Assembly (NCBI GenBank): GCA_016930635.1
Contig: JAFGGI010000047.1
Coordinates: 27,538 to 91,537 of the forward strand
DNA: 64,000 nt
Source: Sedimentisphaerales bacterium
Lineage (GTDB): Bacteria > Planctomycetota > Phycisphaerae > Sedimentisphaerales > UBA12454
Direction: 5' to 3'
The translations under genes were made by a program, and so were the position numbers. Below, piece after piece: positions 17,733 through 26,378 of the stretch. Positions within the stretch are counted from its first letter, which is position 1. Every line of letters begins with the position of its first letter. The notes below the pieces were generated by a model. The model was not told the origin of the DNA. It saw only the letters and a program-made list of their open reading frames with translations, and did not search any database.

Positions 17733-20700
17733 ATGGCCAGAAGATACTTCAATTGGAAATTGGCAGCTGTTTTAGTTATAGGTTTAGCAATTGTGACTAT
17801 AACAGCATACGGTTTGCGCCAATGGCGCAGAAGCAGCAGGTCAGAAAATGCGATTAAAATAGGCAACCAGGCCTATGCCAAAAAACAATGGGAACAAGCT
17901 GCAACACACTTTGGGCGTTATATTGTAGTCAACCCCAGCGATGTTTCAGTGCTGCTTAAATATGCCGATGCACAACTGAATATCAGACCGTTGAAGACAA
18001 ATAATATTCAACATGCTATAGGGTCTTATCGGAATATTTTAAGAATGGAAAAGGACAATCTTGAAGCTGCCCTTAAGCTTACGGAATTATATTTAGGGAT
18101 GCGTATGCCGGGAGAGGCTGAGTTAATTGCTCAAAGAATTCTTGAAGTAAAACCCGATGCCGAGATGCAGCGAATGTTGGCCCTGGCATTTATCGGCCAG
18201 CGAAAGTTTAGCCAGGCAGTATCAGAATTGAATAATATCATAGAAAATGAACCGAATTTTATATCGGCATATGAGACATTATGGCAATTAACAAAGCAAC
18301 GGCCTGAAGTTTCTACCGAAGTACCAGACTATTGGCTTGATAAGGCAGTTGAAAATAATCCATCCTCAGCGATGGCATATATAATTCGGGCTAATTCTCA
18401 TATAATTGACAAGGATATGAAAAAAGCTTTAACAGACTTGGATATAGCAGAAAAACAGGACATGTCTGATTCTAAAATACGCCTGCGGCTGGCAACCGGA
18501 TTTATTAATGCCGAAGCTTTAGATAGAGCTGAAGAACATCTTAAGATACTTCAGGGAATCGAGTCGGACAATTTGGAACTTTGGCAAGCCTGGGCACAAT
18601 TAGCACAGCAAAGCGGATCAGAAGAGAAAATGCTGCAGGTAGCTGAGGCTGGGTTACAGGAGCTTTCAGCTTATCCATGGGATTTTATGATTACAGCTGT
18701 AGAACTCTTTTTACGTGGCGGTAAACCTGATCACGCTGATGAATGTCTTTCACAGTTACGACAGAGAGATATCGCACTTGCATCTGTTGCTTTTTATGAA
18801 GGTCTTGTTGCTGAGCAAAAGGGTTCTGTGCTTAAAGCGATAAAGTGCTGGCAGCGGGCAATAGAATTGGGCAATAAGTCTCCAAGAGTCAGATTAGCAC
18901 TGGCACTGGGCTTTTCACGTTTAGGCGACAATCAGTCAGCACTGCGGGAATTAAAAACTCTGACTCTGGAAAACCCGGATTTCTTTGAGGGGTATTTAAC
19001 GCTTGCCCGGCTCTCGGCGAAAATCGGTGATTGGGAACAAACAGCAGATGTTGCTGACAAAGCAATTCAGCTTGTGCCAACCAATCTTGGTGCTGCATTG
19101 CTGCGTTTGCAGGCCCAGGTAGAGTTGTTATCGACAGGTGCGGAATCCGAGTTAGTGGAAAATATAAAAAGACAATTATCTGCAATGGAAAAAGCCACCA
19201 GCGATGCTGTTAGTGTAAAACTTGTCCGATTCAGACTTGCAATTAAGCAGGGTGAACTTGATTATGCTGAAACATTGATAAATGAATTGAGACAGGACAA
19301 GCCGGACAACCCCAAAATTACTATCGCCCAGCTTGAATTGCTTATTGCTATGAATAAAACCAAAGAGGCAATATCAACATTCAATACACTTATAGAACAA
19401 TATCCTCAGATGACCGAATCGGTAGTAACATTTGCTTCACTTATGGCTCAGCGAAATGATTATGAAAAATGTGAGTCGATTATTAAAGATGCCCTGGTTC
19501 GTATTAAGGAGCCCCAGGCTCAGCAGCGGTTAAGTTTACTGCTTGTCCAGTACTATATGGAATGGAAACAGCAGGATAAAGCGTATAATTTTCTCAATAC
19601 ATTTGTTAAGAAATTTCCTGATGATATTTCTGTTAGACGTCGACTTATAACATTTGAGATAATGAAAAAAAATCTTGAAAAAGCTCAGGAGTATGTTGAT
19701 AAGATTAAGGCTCTCGAGGGTGAAGATGGGTGGCAATGGAGATATGAACAGGCAAGAGTCTGGTATGATAGTGATGATTTCGAAAACCTTTATACCCAAA
19801 TTGTTTCACTGCTGAAGGAGAATCTGCTTCTTGATCTGGATGACCAGGCGAGCCGTATATTGCTTGCTGCAGCATATGAAAAAAGTGGAGATATACAGTT
19901 GTCACTGTCAATGTATCGGCAGGCACTGGAAAGGTCTCCTCGTGATGTTCGTATAATTGTTCCTGTGATATCTGCATTATACAGAGCCGGAGAGTACAAT
20001 GAAGCAGATGAGATTTTAAATCGCACAGTTGTTGAAAAACTGTATCATCCGGATCTACAGGCAATTCAACTGCGAAGTTATCTAAGAGAAGGACAGCTGG
20101 ATTCGGCTTCGAGAATTATGAGTGAGTTACTGGCCAGTGATCCGAACGATAAAGCAGTTATGCTGTCATTTGCTCTACTCAAAATACGGCAGGAAAAATT
20201 TGATCAGGCTGATGAATTGCTTAACAAACTTATAGCTATGGAACCTGATGTACTTCCGGTAATAGTTGCACAAATTCAGTCGAAGATTCTTCAGAATAAA
20301 GATGAAGAAGCGGTTAAAATCTGTGATGAAACAGTAGCTAAACTCAATAATGCTGAAGCATATATCCTTCGTGCCAGAACACTTGCCTCTCTTAAACAGA
20401 CAGATAAAGCGATAAAAGATATAAACTATATTGTATCAGCTGAACCGAACAATGTTAATGTCTGGGTTTCCAGTAGTGATTTCTACCGGTCGATAGGTCA
20501 ACATGATAAAGCTGCTGCGGATATAAAACATGCAATATCTTTAGCTCCGGATAACCTGGCGATACAGAAGAGAGCTATTATGCTGTTTTTAGCATCGAGA
20601 AATTCAGATATGATCCAACAAGGTAAAACTATTTTAGAAAACGCTCTAAAACTTGCTCCTGATGATATTGATTTATTAATGCATAGAGCACGTTTAAATA

Positions 20701-21899
20701 TTGCTGATGGTACAGCTCCGGCTCTTGCAGGTGCTGCCGATATCCTTGAAAAAGTAACCCAGCGACAACCCCAAATAGATGAAGCATGGGTTATGTTGGG
20801 TAATCTCTTATTGAGGCAGGGCCAATCCTCCAGGGCAATGGATACAGCTTTGCGGGGTCTTGTGAATAATCCCAATAATAAACTACTATTGCTTCTCAAG
20901 GCCAATGTTGAAGCAAGCCAGTCACCTGTCCTGGCGATCCCTACTCTTAAATCTCTAAGAGAGATAGAACCGAATGATTTTGAAGTTACCTTAAACCTGG
21001 CTAATGCGTATATTAACGCTGATGAATACGCAAAGGCTGTGAATTTGCTTAAGGAACAATTGAATAATAACGCTGATGACGAAAGCCGTCAGAGATGTAA
21101 TATCGCTCTGGCAGTAGCGATGTTCAAGAATGGTCAAAAAGATGAAGCGGACAAAATTCTTACCTCTCTTGCTCAATCAAGTCCTGATGACAGCAGAATA
21201 CTGCTTGCCCAGATCAATCTGTTAATGGAAGATGGCCGTTATGGTGATATTACCAATAGTGTGACTGATTGGTTCCGGCAATATCCTCAAAATACTCGTA
21301 TCCTAATCGCTATTGCCGATAGATTAATGACAGCAAAAGATCAAAGCCAAAAAGCATATGAAACCGCTGAGAGTATCCTTCGAATGGTTATGGCCAAGGA
21401 TCCTAATGATGCCGCTGCGGCGCAGATGCTTGCTATTATAATGCAGATTAGTGCTCGCAGTACTGAGGCAATTGAGCTGAACCAGAAACTTCTTGAACTT
21501 AATCCTTCTAATGTGGTTGCTATGAATAATCTTGCCTGGATGTTATGCGAGGAAAAGGGTCAGTATCAGCAGGCCATTGACATTGCCAACGAAGGTCTTG
21601 AAATAGCACCACAATATGTTGATCTCATTGATACTCGAGGAATGGTATATTATCGGCTTGGTCAATATGATAAAGCTATAGAAGATTTTACTGTATGCAT
21701 TAAATTGTATCCAACTGATGCACCAGGGCGGGTTAATTCGTTTTTACATCTGGCAAAAGCTTTTATAGGAGCTGAAAAAAAAGACAAGGCTATTGAATAT
21801 TTGAATAAAACATTAAATATTCAAAATCAGTTTGGCGGATTGACGCCGGAAGATTTAGATGAAGCCAGGAGTTTACTGGAAGCATTATCAAAAGAGTAA
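17733..21899 (+). CDS. very large TPR-repeat protein (PrsT-like PEP-CTERM-system TPR protein), N-terminally membrane anchored
   Basis: RBS GGGAGAAAGGA precedes the ATG. One N-terminal TM (...LAAVLVIGLAIVTITAYGL...) is followed by tetratricopeptide-like repeats along 1388 aa. It sits directly after the priming transferase, as in PEP-CTERM loci. Confidence 0.75.
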   Translation: MARRYFNWKLAAVLVIGLAIVTITAYGLRQWRRSSRSENAIKIGNQAYAKKQWEQAATHFGRYIVVNPSDVSVLLKYADAQLNIRPLKTNNIQHAIGSYRNILRMEKDNLEAALKLTELYLGMRMPGEAELIAQRILEVKPDAEMQRMLALAFIGQRKFSQAVSELNNIIENEPNFISAYETLWQLTKQRPEVSTEVPDYWLDKAVENNPSSAMAYIIRANSHIIDKDMKKALTDLDIAEKQDMSDSKIRLRLATGFINAEALDRAEEHLKILQGIESDNLELWQAWAQLAQQSGSEEKMLQVAEAGLQELSAYPWDFMITAVELFLRGGKPDHADECLSQLRQRDIALASVAFYEGLVAEQKGSVLKAIKCWQRAIELGNKSPRVRLALALGFSRLGDNQSALRELKTLTLENPDFFEGYLTLARLSAKIGDWEQTADVADKAIQLVPTNLGAALLRLQAQVELLSTGAESELVENIKRQLSAMEKATSDAVSVKLVRFRLAIKQGELDYAETLINELRQDKPDNPKITIAQLELLIAMNKTKEAISTFNTLIEQYPQMTESVVTFASLMAQRNDYEKCESIIKDALVRIKEPQAQQRLSLLLVQYYMEWKQQDKAYNFLNTFVKKFPDDISVRRRLITFEIMKKNLEKAQEYVDKIKALEGEDGWQWRYEQARVWYDSDDFENLYTQIVSLLKENLLLDLDDQASRILLAAAYEKSGDIQLSLSMYRQALERSPRDVRIIVPVISALYRAGEYNEADEILNRTVVEKLYHPDLQAIQLRSYLREGQLDSASRIMSELLASDPNDKAVMLSFALLKIRQEKFDQADELLNKLIAMEPDVLPVIVAQIQSKILQNKDEEAVKICDETVAKLNNAEAYILRARTLASLKQTDKAIKDINYIVSAEPNNVNVWVSSSDFYRSIGQHDKAAADIKHAISLAPDNLAIQKRAIMLFLASRNSDMIQQGKTILENALKLAPDDIDLLMHRARLNIADGTAPALAGAADILEKVTQRQPQIDEAWVMLGNLLLRQGQSSRAMDTALRGLVNNPNNKLLLLLKANVEASQSPVLAIPTLKSLREIEPNDFEVTLNLANAYINADEYAKAVNLLKEQLNNNADDESRQRCNIALAVAMFKNGQKDEADKILTSLAQSSPDDSRILLAQINLLMEDGRYGDITNSVTDWFRQYPQNTRILIAIADRLMTAKDQSQKAYETAESILRMVMAKDPNDAAAAQMLAIIMQISARSTEAIELNQKLLELNPSNVVAMNNLAWMLCEEKGQYQQAIDIANEGLEIAPQYVDLIDTRGMVYYRLGQYDKAIEDFTVCIKLYPTDAPGRVNSFLHLAKAFIGAEKKDKAIEYLNKTLNIQNQFGGLTPEDLDEARSLLEALSKE

Positions 21900-22083
21900 T
21901 AGTTTCTGATCAGTCAGTTTATTATCGGATTGTGCTTTAGCCTTATCGTAAACAAATCAATACTTACTTTGTAAGTTATAATATCACACACATACCTTCA
22001 CCGTACACTCTTTAAAAACATTACGGGTTAAACTCTATGTAGATACAAAACTGATTTTGGGTTCTACCCCCGTTATGTTGTCG

Positions 22084-22150
22084 AATCCTCTGTCTGACTT
22101 TTACAGTTGATGTTAAGTTCTACATCGTTAATCAGGCAGAGGATTTTTTT
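22084..22150 (+). terminator. terminator-like hairpin with T-run
   Basis: The arms AATCCTCTGTCTGA (22084-22097) and TCAGGCAGAGGATT (22132-22145) pair over 14 bp with one G-U. A run of 7 T follows (22144-22150). The 34-nt loop is long and the site lies about 185 nt after the TPR stop. Confidence 0.4.
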
Positions 22151-22385
22151 AATTTAGTGGTATTTTTTCTTGCAGAAATACAGAAATTTTAACTTTGTGA
22201 GGAAATAAATAAGATGTAGATACGTAGAGATTAGTTCATATAAAGATTTGAAATATCCTGTAATATGCGCAATCGCTTTTATTAACTCTGGTTATGACTT
22301 ATGAAACTCGCAGGCATTTATATTCAGTCTATAGAGAGTAAAAATATAATATTTGGGTAAAATAGGCGAAAAGTTGGTTTTTGTG

Positions 22386-22413
22386 TTGACAAGGGCGTTT
22401 TTATCGGTACTAT
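22386..22413 (+). promoter_or_regulatory. candidate sigma70-type promoter (TTGACA-16 nt-TACTAT)
   Basis: -35 TTGACA is at 22386-22391 and -10 TACTAT at 22408-22413, in the 678-bp non-coding gap preceding the PEP-CTERM gene array. Confidence 0.3.
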
Positions 22414-22577
22414 TGTTACCTGAATTCGGTATCCAGGGAGGGATGTGCGCTTTCGAAAAGGTAAAGCGAGTGCTTTTCTTAACGTAGGTGTCTTTTGTTC
22501 AGAGATTACATACGCAGATGATGTGTGTAGTTAATGCTGTGTTAATAGTAAGATGATTTTTAGGAAGAAGAATCGGA

Positions 22578-23429
22578 GTGCCAGGAAGATATTATAATTT
22601 GTTCGCTGCGTTGTTAGTAACCTTGCTTCTAACTCAGGCAAGTGCAGCTCCGAGTATTAATAACGAGACTGCTTTGTCTTCGCTTAATGCCTTGCAAAGT
22701 GTGAATACATCTGTTCATTTTGATTCACAATTAACCGGAATTGCTGCCTCGGCACAATCAAGATTGGCAGAAATTGGCGAAGAGTTTACAAAGCCGTCTA
22801 TAATAATTTCCGGTTCAACAGGAACTTCTCAGACCAGTACAAGATCATTGCCTGCTATACCTGCAACATTTTTTATGGTACTAACAGGATTTTTCTGCGT
22901 TTCTTTGGTTAAGGATCGTAAAGCTTGGGTAACGGCACTGACGGGTGTTCTGTATTTTGGTCTTGCCGGGATTAATGCAATTCCTCAACTGCTGCCGCAT
23001 CATAATATACGGGAGGAAATTAAACATTCTTCTTCCTGGGAATCTGCCCATAAACTGGAACTTGAAAATTCATTAAGCAGAAGCCTGGATGCTCAGGGCA
23101 TACAATTTACAGGCCTGCTTCATCGTTTGGCATCAATACCTGATAGTGATGGATTTGTTATAATAGACAGGCTGATAAAACCAGCGGGCATACAAAGTCT
23201 TGCTAAAAAGGCTTTGATGGTTTGGCGCATAGAGTATGTACACACCAGAAAAGCAGATGTATTGTCATTAATATCTGCAATAATACACAATTTATATAAT
23301 CTCAATCTTTCACCTGACTGTCTTGCTGTAAAAACAGGGCAGCAGGTTTATTTCTCATCTGAATTTTCGATTAGTTACAGACCCCACGGCCCGCCTAAAA
23401 ATAAATTGGGAATCTTTTTTGTGAGTTAA
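22578..23429 (+). CDS. hypothetical secreted/membrane protein with an internal PEP-CTERM-like segment
   Basis: GTG start. The signal-peptide-like N-terminus (...LLVTLLLTQASAAP...) is followed by a Ser/Thr-rich stretch. Then ...LPAIPATFFMVLTGFFCVSLVKDRK... appears at about aa 91-118, and about 165 more residues follow. Confidence 0.4.
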   Translation: MPGRYYNLFAALLVTLLLTQASAAPSINNETALSSLNALQSVNTSVHFDSQLTGIAASAQSRLAEIGEEFTKPSIIISGSTGTSQTSTRSLPAIPATFFMVLTGFFCVSLVKDRKAWVTALTGVLYFGLAGINAIPQLLPHHNIREEIKHSSSWESAHKLELENSLSRSLDAQGIQFTGLLHRLASIPDSDGFVIIDRLIKPAGIQSLAKKALMVWRIEYVHTRKADVLSLISAIIHNLYNLNLSPDCLAVKTGQQVYFSSEFSISYRPHGPPKNKLGIFFVS

Positions 23430-23506
23430 AACAGGCTCACACATATTTTTAATATAATTTTTAAACTTAAAGTTGAATGCAACAAATGAAAAAAAGGAGT
23501 TTTAGT

Positions 23507-24196
23507 ATGAAAAGATTAATATTATTGACGTTGATGTTCGGCCTTCTTGCAGTTCCGGCCTTTGCTACACCAACGGTTAAATTAACCGGTATTGGTAAAG
23601 GCGGCGTCTACAATGGCTACTTTGCTGGTGAGATGAACTGGCGAGTCAATGACGATGACGGCGGAAACCTCGACGGATATGATACTGGAGATACATTTGT
23701 GAGCTTCTGTCTTGAGCTGCATGAACCTGTATCTATCGGCGGCATTTATGATGCCGTGATAAATACTAGTGCGGTTGAAGGCGGAATCCCGGGCGGCTCT
23801 GATGCTATTAGTCAGGGTACAGCCTGGTTGTACAACGAATATCTGGATAATTATATCGGCGTTAGCAATACACTGGCTAAAGATTATCAGATGGCTGTTT
23901 GGGCTCTTGAAAACGAGATTCCTGTCGGTGATCTGACAGCAGGGGCACAAAGTCTGATAAGCAATATCCCAACAGTATTTACTGCTAAGCAGTTGGTCCA
24001 GATAGGTCTTATCAAAGTTCTCAATTTGTATGTCCAGGGAACATATCCTACGGATAACACCTGTAACTACAGACAAGACATGCTTATCCGTGTCAGCACT
24101 GGTGGTGTTATAGTTCCTGCTCCCGGTTCTATTCTGCTCAGCAGTATCGGAATTGGCATTGTAGGCTGGCTGCGAAGACGAAGGAATATGATGTAA
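23507..24196 (+). CDS. PEP-CTERM ('PAP' variant) sorting-domain surface protein with thioester-domain-like Cys/Gln motifs
   Basis: AAGGAG lies 7 nt before the ATG at 23507; the listed 23477 start adds 10 aa before the signal peptide. The signal peptide is MKRLILLTLMFGLLAVPAFA. Motifs: ...SFCLEL... and ...YQMAVWALE.... The tail is ...VPAPGSILLSSIGIGIVGWLRRRR. Confidence 0.85.
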   Translation: MKRLILLTLMFGLLAVPAFATPTVKLTGIGKGGVYNGYFAGEMNWRVNDDDGGNLDGYDTGDTFVSFCLELHEPVSIGGIYDAVINTSAVEGGIPGGSDAISQGTAWLYNEYLDNYIGVSNTLAKDYQMAVWALENEIPVGDLTAGAQSLISNIPTVFTAKQLVQIGLIKVLNLYVQGTYPTDNTCNYRQDMLIRVSTGGVIVPAPGSILLSSIGIGIVGWLRRRRNMM

Positions 24197-24302
24197 ATGA
24201 AAATTAAACTTAATGGCTTTATGAAAAAGCCAAAGAGAATTACCAATGTGTAATTTTCTCTTGCAACCACGGATTGGCAGAAAAGAAAGGTAAAACATAA
24301 AA

Positions 24303-24998
24303 ATGAAAAAGTTTAGCAGAAATATAATTAAATACTTCGCTGTTGTAATTTTTGTTGCGGCGATGTTTATTTCTTCTGCAGAAGCTGTCCCTACCTATTA
24401 TTTTGGCGGCGTCACTAACAATAATGTTACCAATGTTAGTGCCGGACAGAGTCAGTTAAGTCTTGAAGTGACTCATCCGGACGGCGTTGATAATCAGACG
24501 CTGTTTACTTTCAAAAATACTGGGCCGCAGGGCTTCTCGATTACGGACGTTTATTTCTATGATGGTACTCTTCTGGGTATCTCACAGATTGACAACTCAG
24601 ATCCGGGCGTCTTGTTCGAATCTTCTGCAGTTCCGCAGGAATTGCCGGGTGGAGAGTCTCTTGGTCTTTCGACTGTAAGCTTCTCTCTCGACTCTGGCGC
24701 ACCACCGTTCGATAATGGTGTGGCACCTGGTGAGGAACTGGGTATCCTGTTCGATCTCATAAATGGTGCTGTTTATTCAGATACTCTTGACGCACTTAAC
24801 GGCAGCGGTTTCGTTGATGGTAATCTTATTGTTGCTGTTCAGGTTCAGGGATTTGATGACGGCGGCGTTGAATCATTTGTGACTATTGGTACAGAACCTC
24901 TTCCTGCGACTATTATTATTCCGGCCCCGGCAGCACTTTTGCTTGGCAGTATTGGTGTTACTATGGTTGGCTGGATGAAAAGACGGAACGCAGTTTAA
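24303..24998 (+). CDS. PEP-CTERM ('PAP' variant) sorting-domain protein, unassigned domain, paralog A
   Basis: Signal peptide plus the tail ...IIPAPAALLLGSIGVTMVGWMKRR. It is colinear and highly similar to the next gene. Confidence 0.85.
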   Translation: MKKFSRNIIKYFAVVIFVAAMFISSAEAVPTYYFGGVTNNNVTNVSAGQSQLSLEVTHPDGVDNQTLFTFKNTGPQGFSITDVYFYDGTLLGISQIDNSDPGVLFESSAVPQELPGGESLGLSTVSFSLDSGAPPFDNGVAPGEELGILFDLINGAVYSDTLDALNGSGFVDGNLIVAVQVQGFDDGGVESFVTIGTEPLPATIIIPAPAALLLGSIGVTMVGWMKRRNAV

Positions 24999-25018
24999 TA
25001 TAATAGGAGGTAATTAAA

Positions 25019-25723
25019 ATGGAAAGGTTTAGCGGAAATACAATTAAATACTTTGCTTTTGTTGCTTTGACTATAGCAGTATTTGTTGTTTCTGCAGATG
25101 CTGTACCGACATATTATTTTGCCGGTGTCACTAGCAATAACCTTGTTAATGTCACCGCTGGACAGAGTCAGTTATCTGTTGAAGTGACTCATCCGGACGG
25201 TGTTGACAATCAAACGTTATTTACTTTTAAAAATGTTGGGCCACAGGGATGTGCAATTACAGATATATATCTCTATGATGGTACTCTTTTGGGTATCTCA
25301 CAGATTGATAATTCAGATCCAGGTGTCTCATTTTCACCTTTTGCAAAACCAGATAAACTACCCGGCGGAGAGTATCTTGGGCTTCCTGGCGTAAGTTTTT
25401 CTCTGGATTCTGATAATCCGGCATTTCACAATGGCGTCGGGCCCGATGAAGAACTAGGTATTCTGTTTGATCTCGTAAATGGTGCCGTTTATTCGAACAC
25501 GCTTGATGCACTCAATGGTGTCGGATTTCTTGGCAGTAATCTTGTGATCGGCATACATGTTCAGGGATTTGATGACGGCGGCAGTGAATCTTTTGTAACC
25601 GCTGCTGGCGGACCAACACCAACAAGTATTATTATTCCTGCTCCGTCAGCAATTTTACTGGCTGGTATTGGTGTTAGTTTAGTTGGTTGGATAAAAGGTG
25701 GAAAACGATTTAGTAGGAGATAA
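25019..25723 (+). CDS. PEP-CTERM ('PAP' variant) sorting-domain protein, unassigned domain, paralog B
   Basis: An AGGAGG RBS precedes it. The tail is ...IIPAPSAILLAGIGVSLVGWIKGGKR. It shares long identical peptide runs with 24303..24998 (e.g. VTHPDGVDNQTLFTFKN, YDGTLLGISQIDNSDPGV). Confidence 0.85.
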   Translation: MERFSGNTIKYFAFVALTIAVFVVSADAVPTYYFAGVTSNNLVNVTAGQSQLSVEVTHPDGVDNQTLFTFKNVGPQGCAITDIYLYDGTLLGISQIDNSDPGVSFSPFAKPDKLPGGEYLGLPGVSFSLDSDNPAFHNGVGPDEELGILFDLVNGAVYSNTLDALNGVGFLGSNLVIGIHVQGFDDGGSESFVTAAGGPTPTSIIIPAPSAILLAGIGVSLVGWIKGGKRFSRR

Positions 25724-25726
25724 TAA

Positions 25727-26365
25727 ATGAAAGGATTGATTACAATTTGTTTAGTAGTAACTTTGGTGATTAGTTCGTATGCTTTTGCCAATGGAACTGT
25801 GAAAATGGCAATAGGTCGCTATGGCACTCCTAACTATGGCGTAGATGGTGAATTTATAATTACGGTGCTCAGCGGCCTGCCGGAGCTTCCGACTCAATTT
25901 GGTTCTTTTTGTCTGGAGCTGAATGAGTCTATTAGTGCTGGTACTACTTACAATGCTGTTATTAACACTGAAGCTATTAAAGGCGGAGAGGCAACATCTG
26001 ATCCCCTCTCGCCGAAAACCGCCTGGCTTTACAATCAGTACCTTACCGGTGCTATTACGTTTAACGTAAATTATGATGCTACCCAGTTCCAATATGCCAT
26101 CTGGGCGCTCGAAGATGAAATTGCACCTGGGTATGATGCGGGCAATGGAATTTATTGGAATTCTGTTGCAACAGGTTACTATGACGCTGCTATGGCTTCT
26201 AATTGGCAGAGTATAGGTAATATCCGTGTCCTGAATATGGGAACTGCGGACGACAACTATCAATATCAGGATGTGTTAGCACCTATTCCGGCTCCTGGTG
26301 CGGTTCTGCTCGGCAGTATTGGTGTCAGCATCGTTAGTTGGCTAAAAAGGAAAAGAGTATTTTAA
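25727..26365 (+). CDS. PEP-CTERM ('PAP' variant) sorting-domain surface protein with thioester-domain-like Cys/Gln motifs, paralog A
   Basis: Signal peptide. Motifs: ...GSFCLELNE... (Cys62, TGT at 25910-25912) and ...TQFQYAIWALEDE... (Gln122). The tail is ...IPAPGAVLLGSIGVSIVSWLKRKR. Confidence 0.85.
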   Translation: MKGLITICLVVTLVISSYAFANGTVKMAIGRYGTPNYGVDGEFIITVLSGLPELPTQFGSFCLELNESISAGTTYNAVINTEAIKGGEATSDPLSPKTAWLYNQYLTGAITFNVNYDATQFQYAIWALEDEIAPGYDAGNGIYWNSVATGYYDAAMASNWQSIGNIRVLNMGTADDNYQYQDVLAPIPAPGAVLLGSIGVSIVSWLKRKRVF

Positions 26366-26378
26366 AGGAAATAAAAGA

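Noticed and set aside
24214-24232. Hairpin TGGCTTT-atgaa-AAAGCCA after the first PEP-CTERM gene
   Set aside because: The 7-bp stem is AT-rich and no T-run follows. It is too weak to call a terminator.
23582-24298. 238-aa minus-strand ORF, together with 24067..24270, 25751..26263 and 25257..25511, lying antisense to the PEP-CTERM genes
   Set aside because: They fully overlap plus-strand genes that have signal peptides, RBSs and conserved sorting tails. The antisense translations are low-complexity with no start context. I treat them as shadow ORFs.
21900-24302. Search for sigma-54 (TGGCAC-N5-TTGC) promoters upstream of the PEP-CTERM genes, as expected for PrsK/PrsR-regulated systems
   Set aside because: I found no GG-N10-GC match with acceptable flanks by eye. 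TGGCAG at about 24275 lacks the TTGC half. A matrix scan would be needed to be sure.
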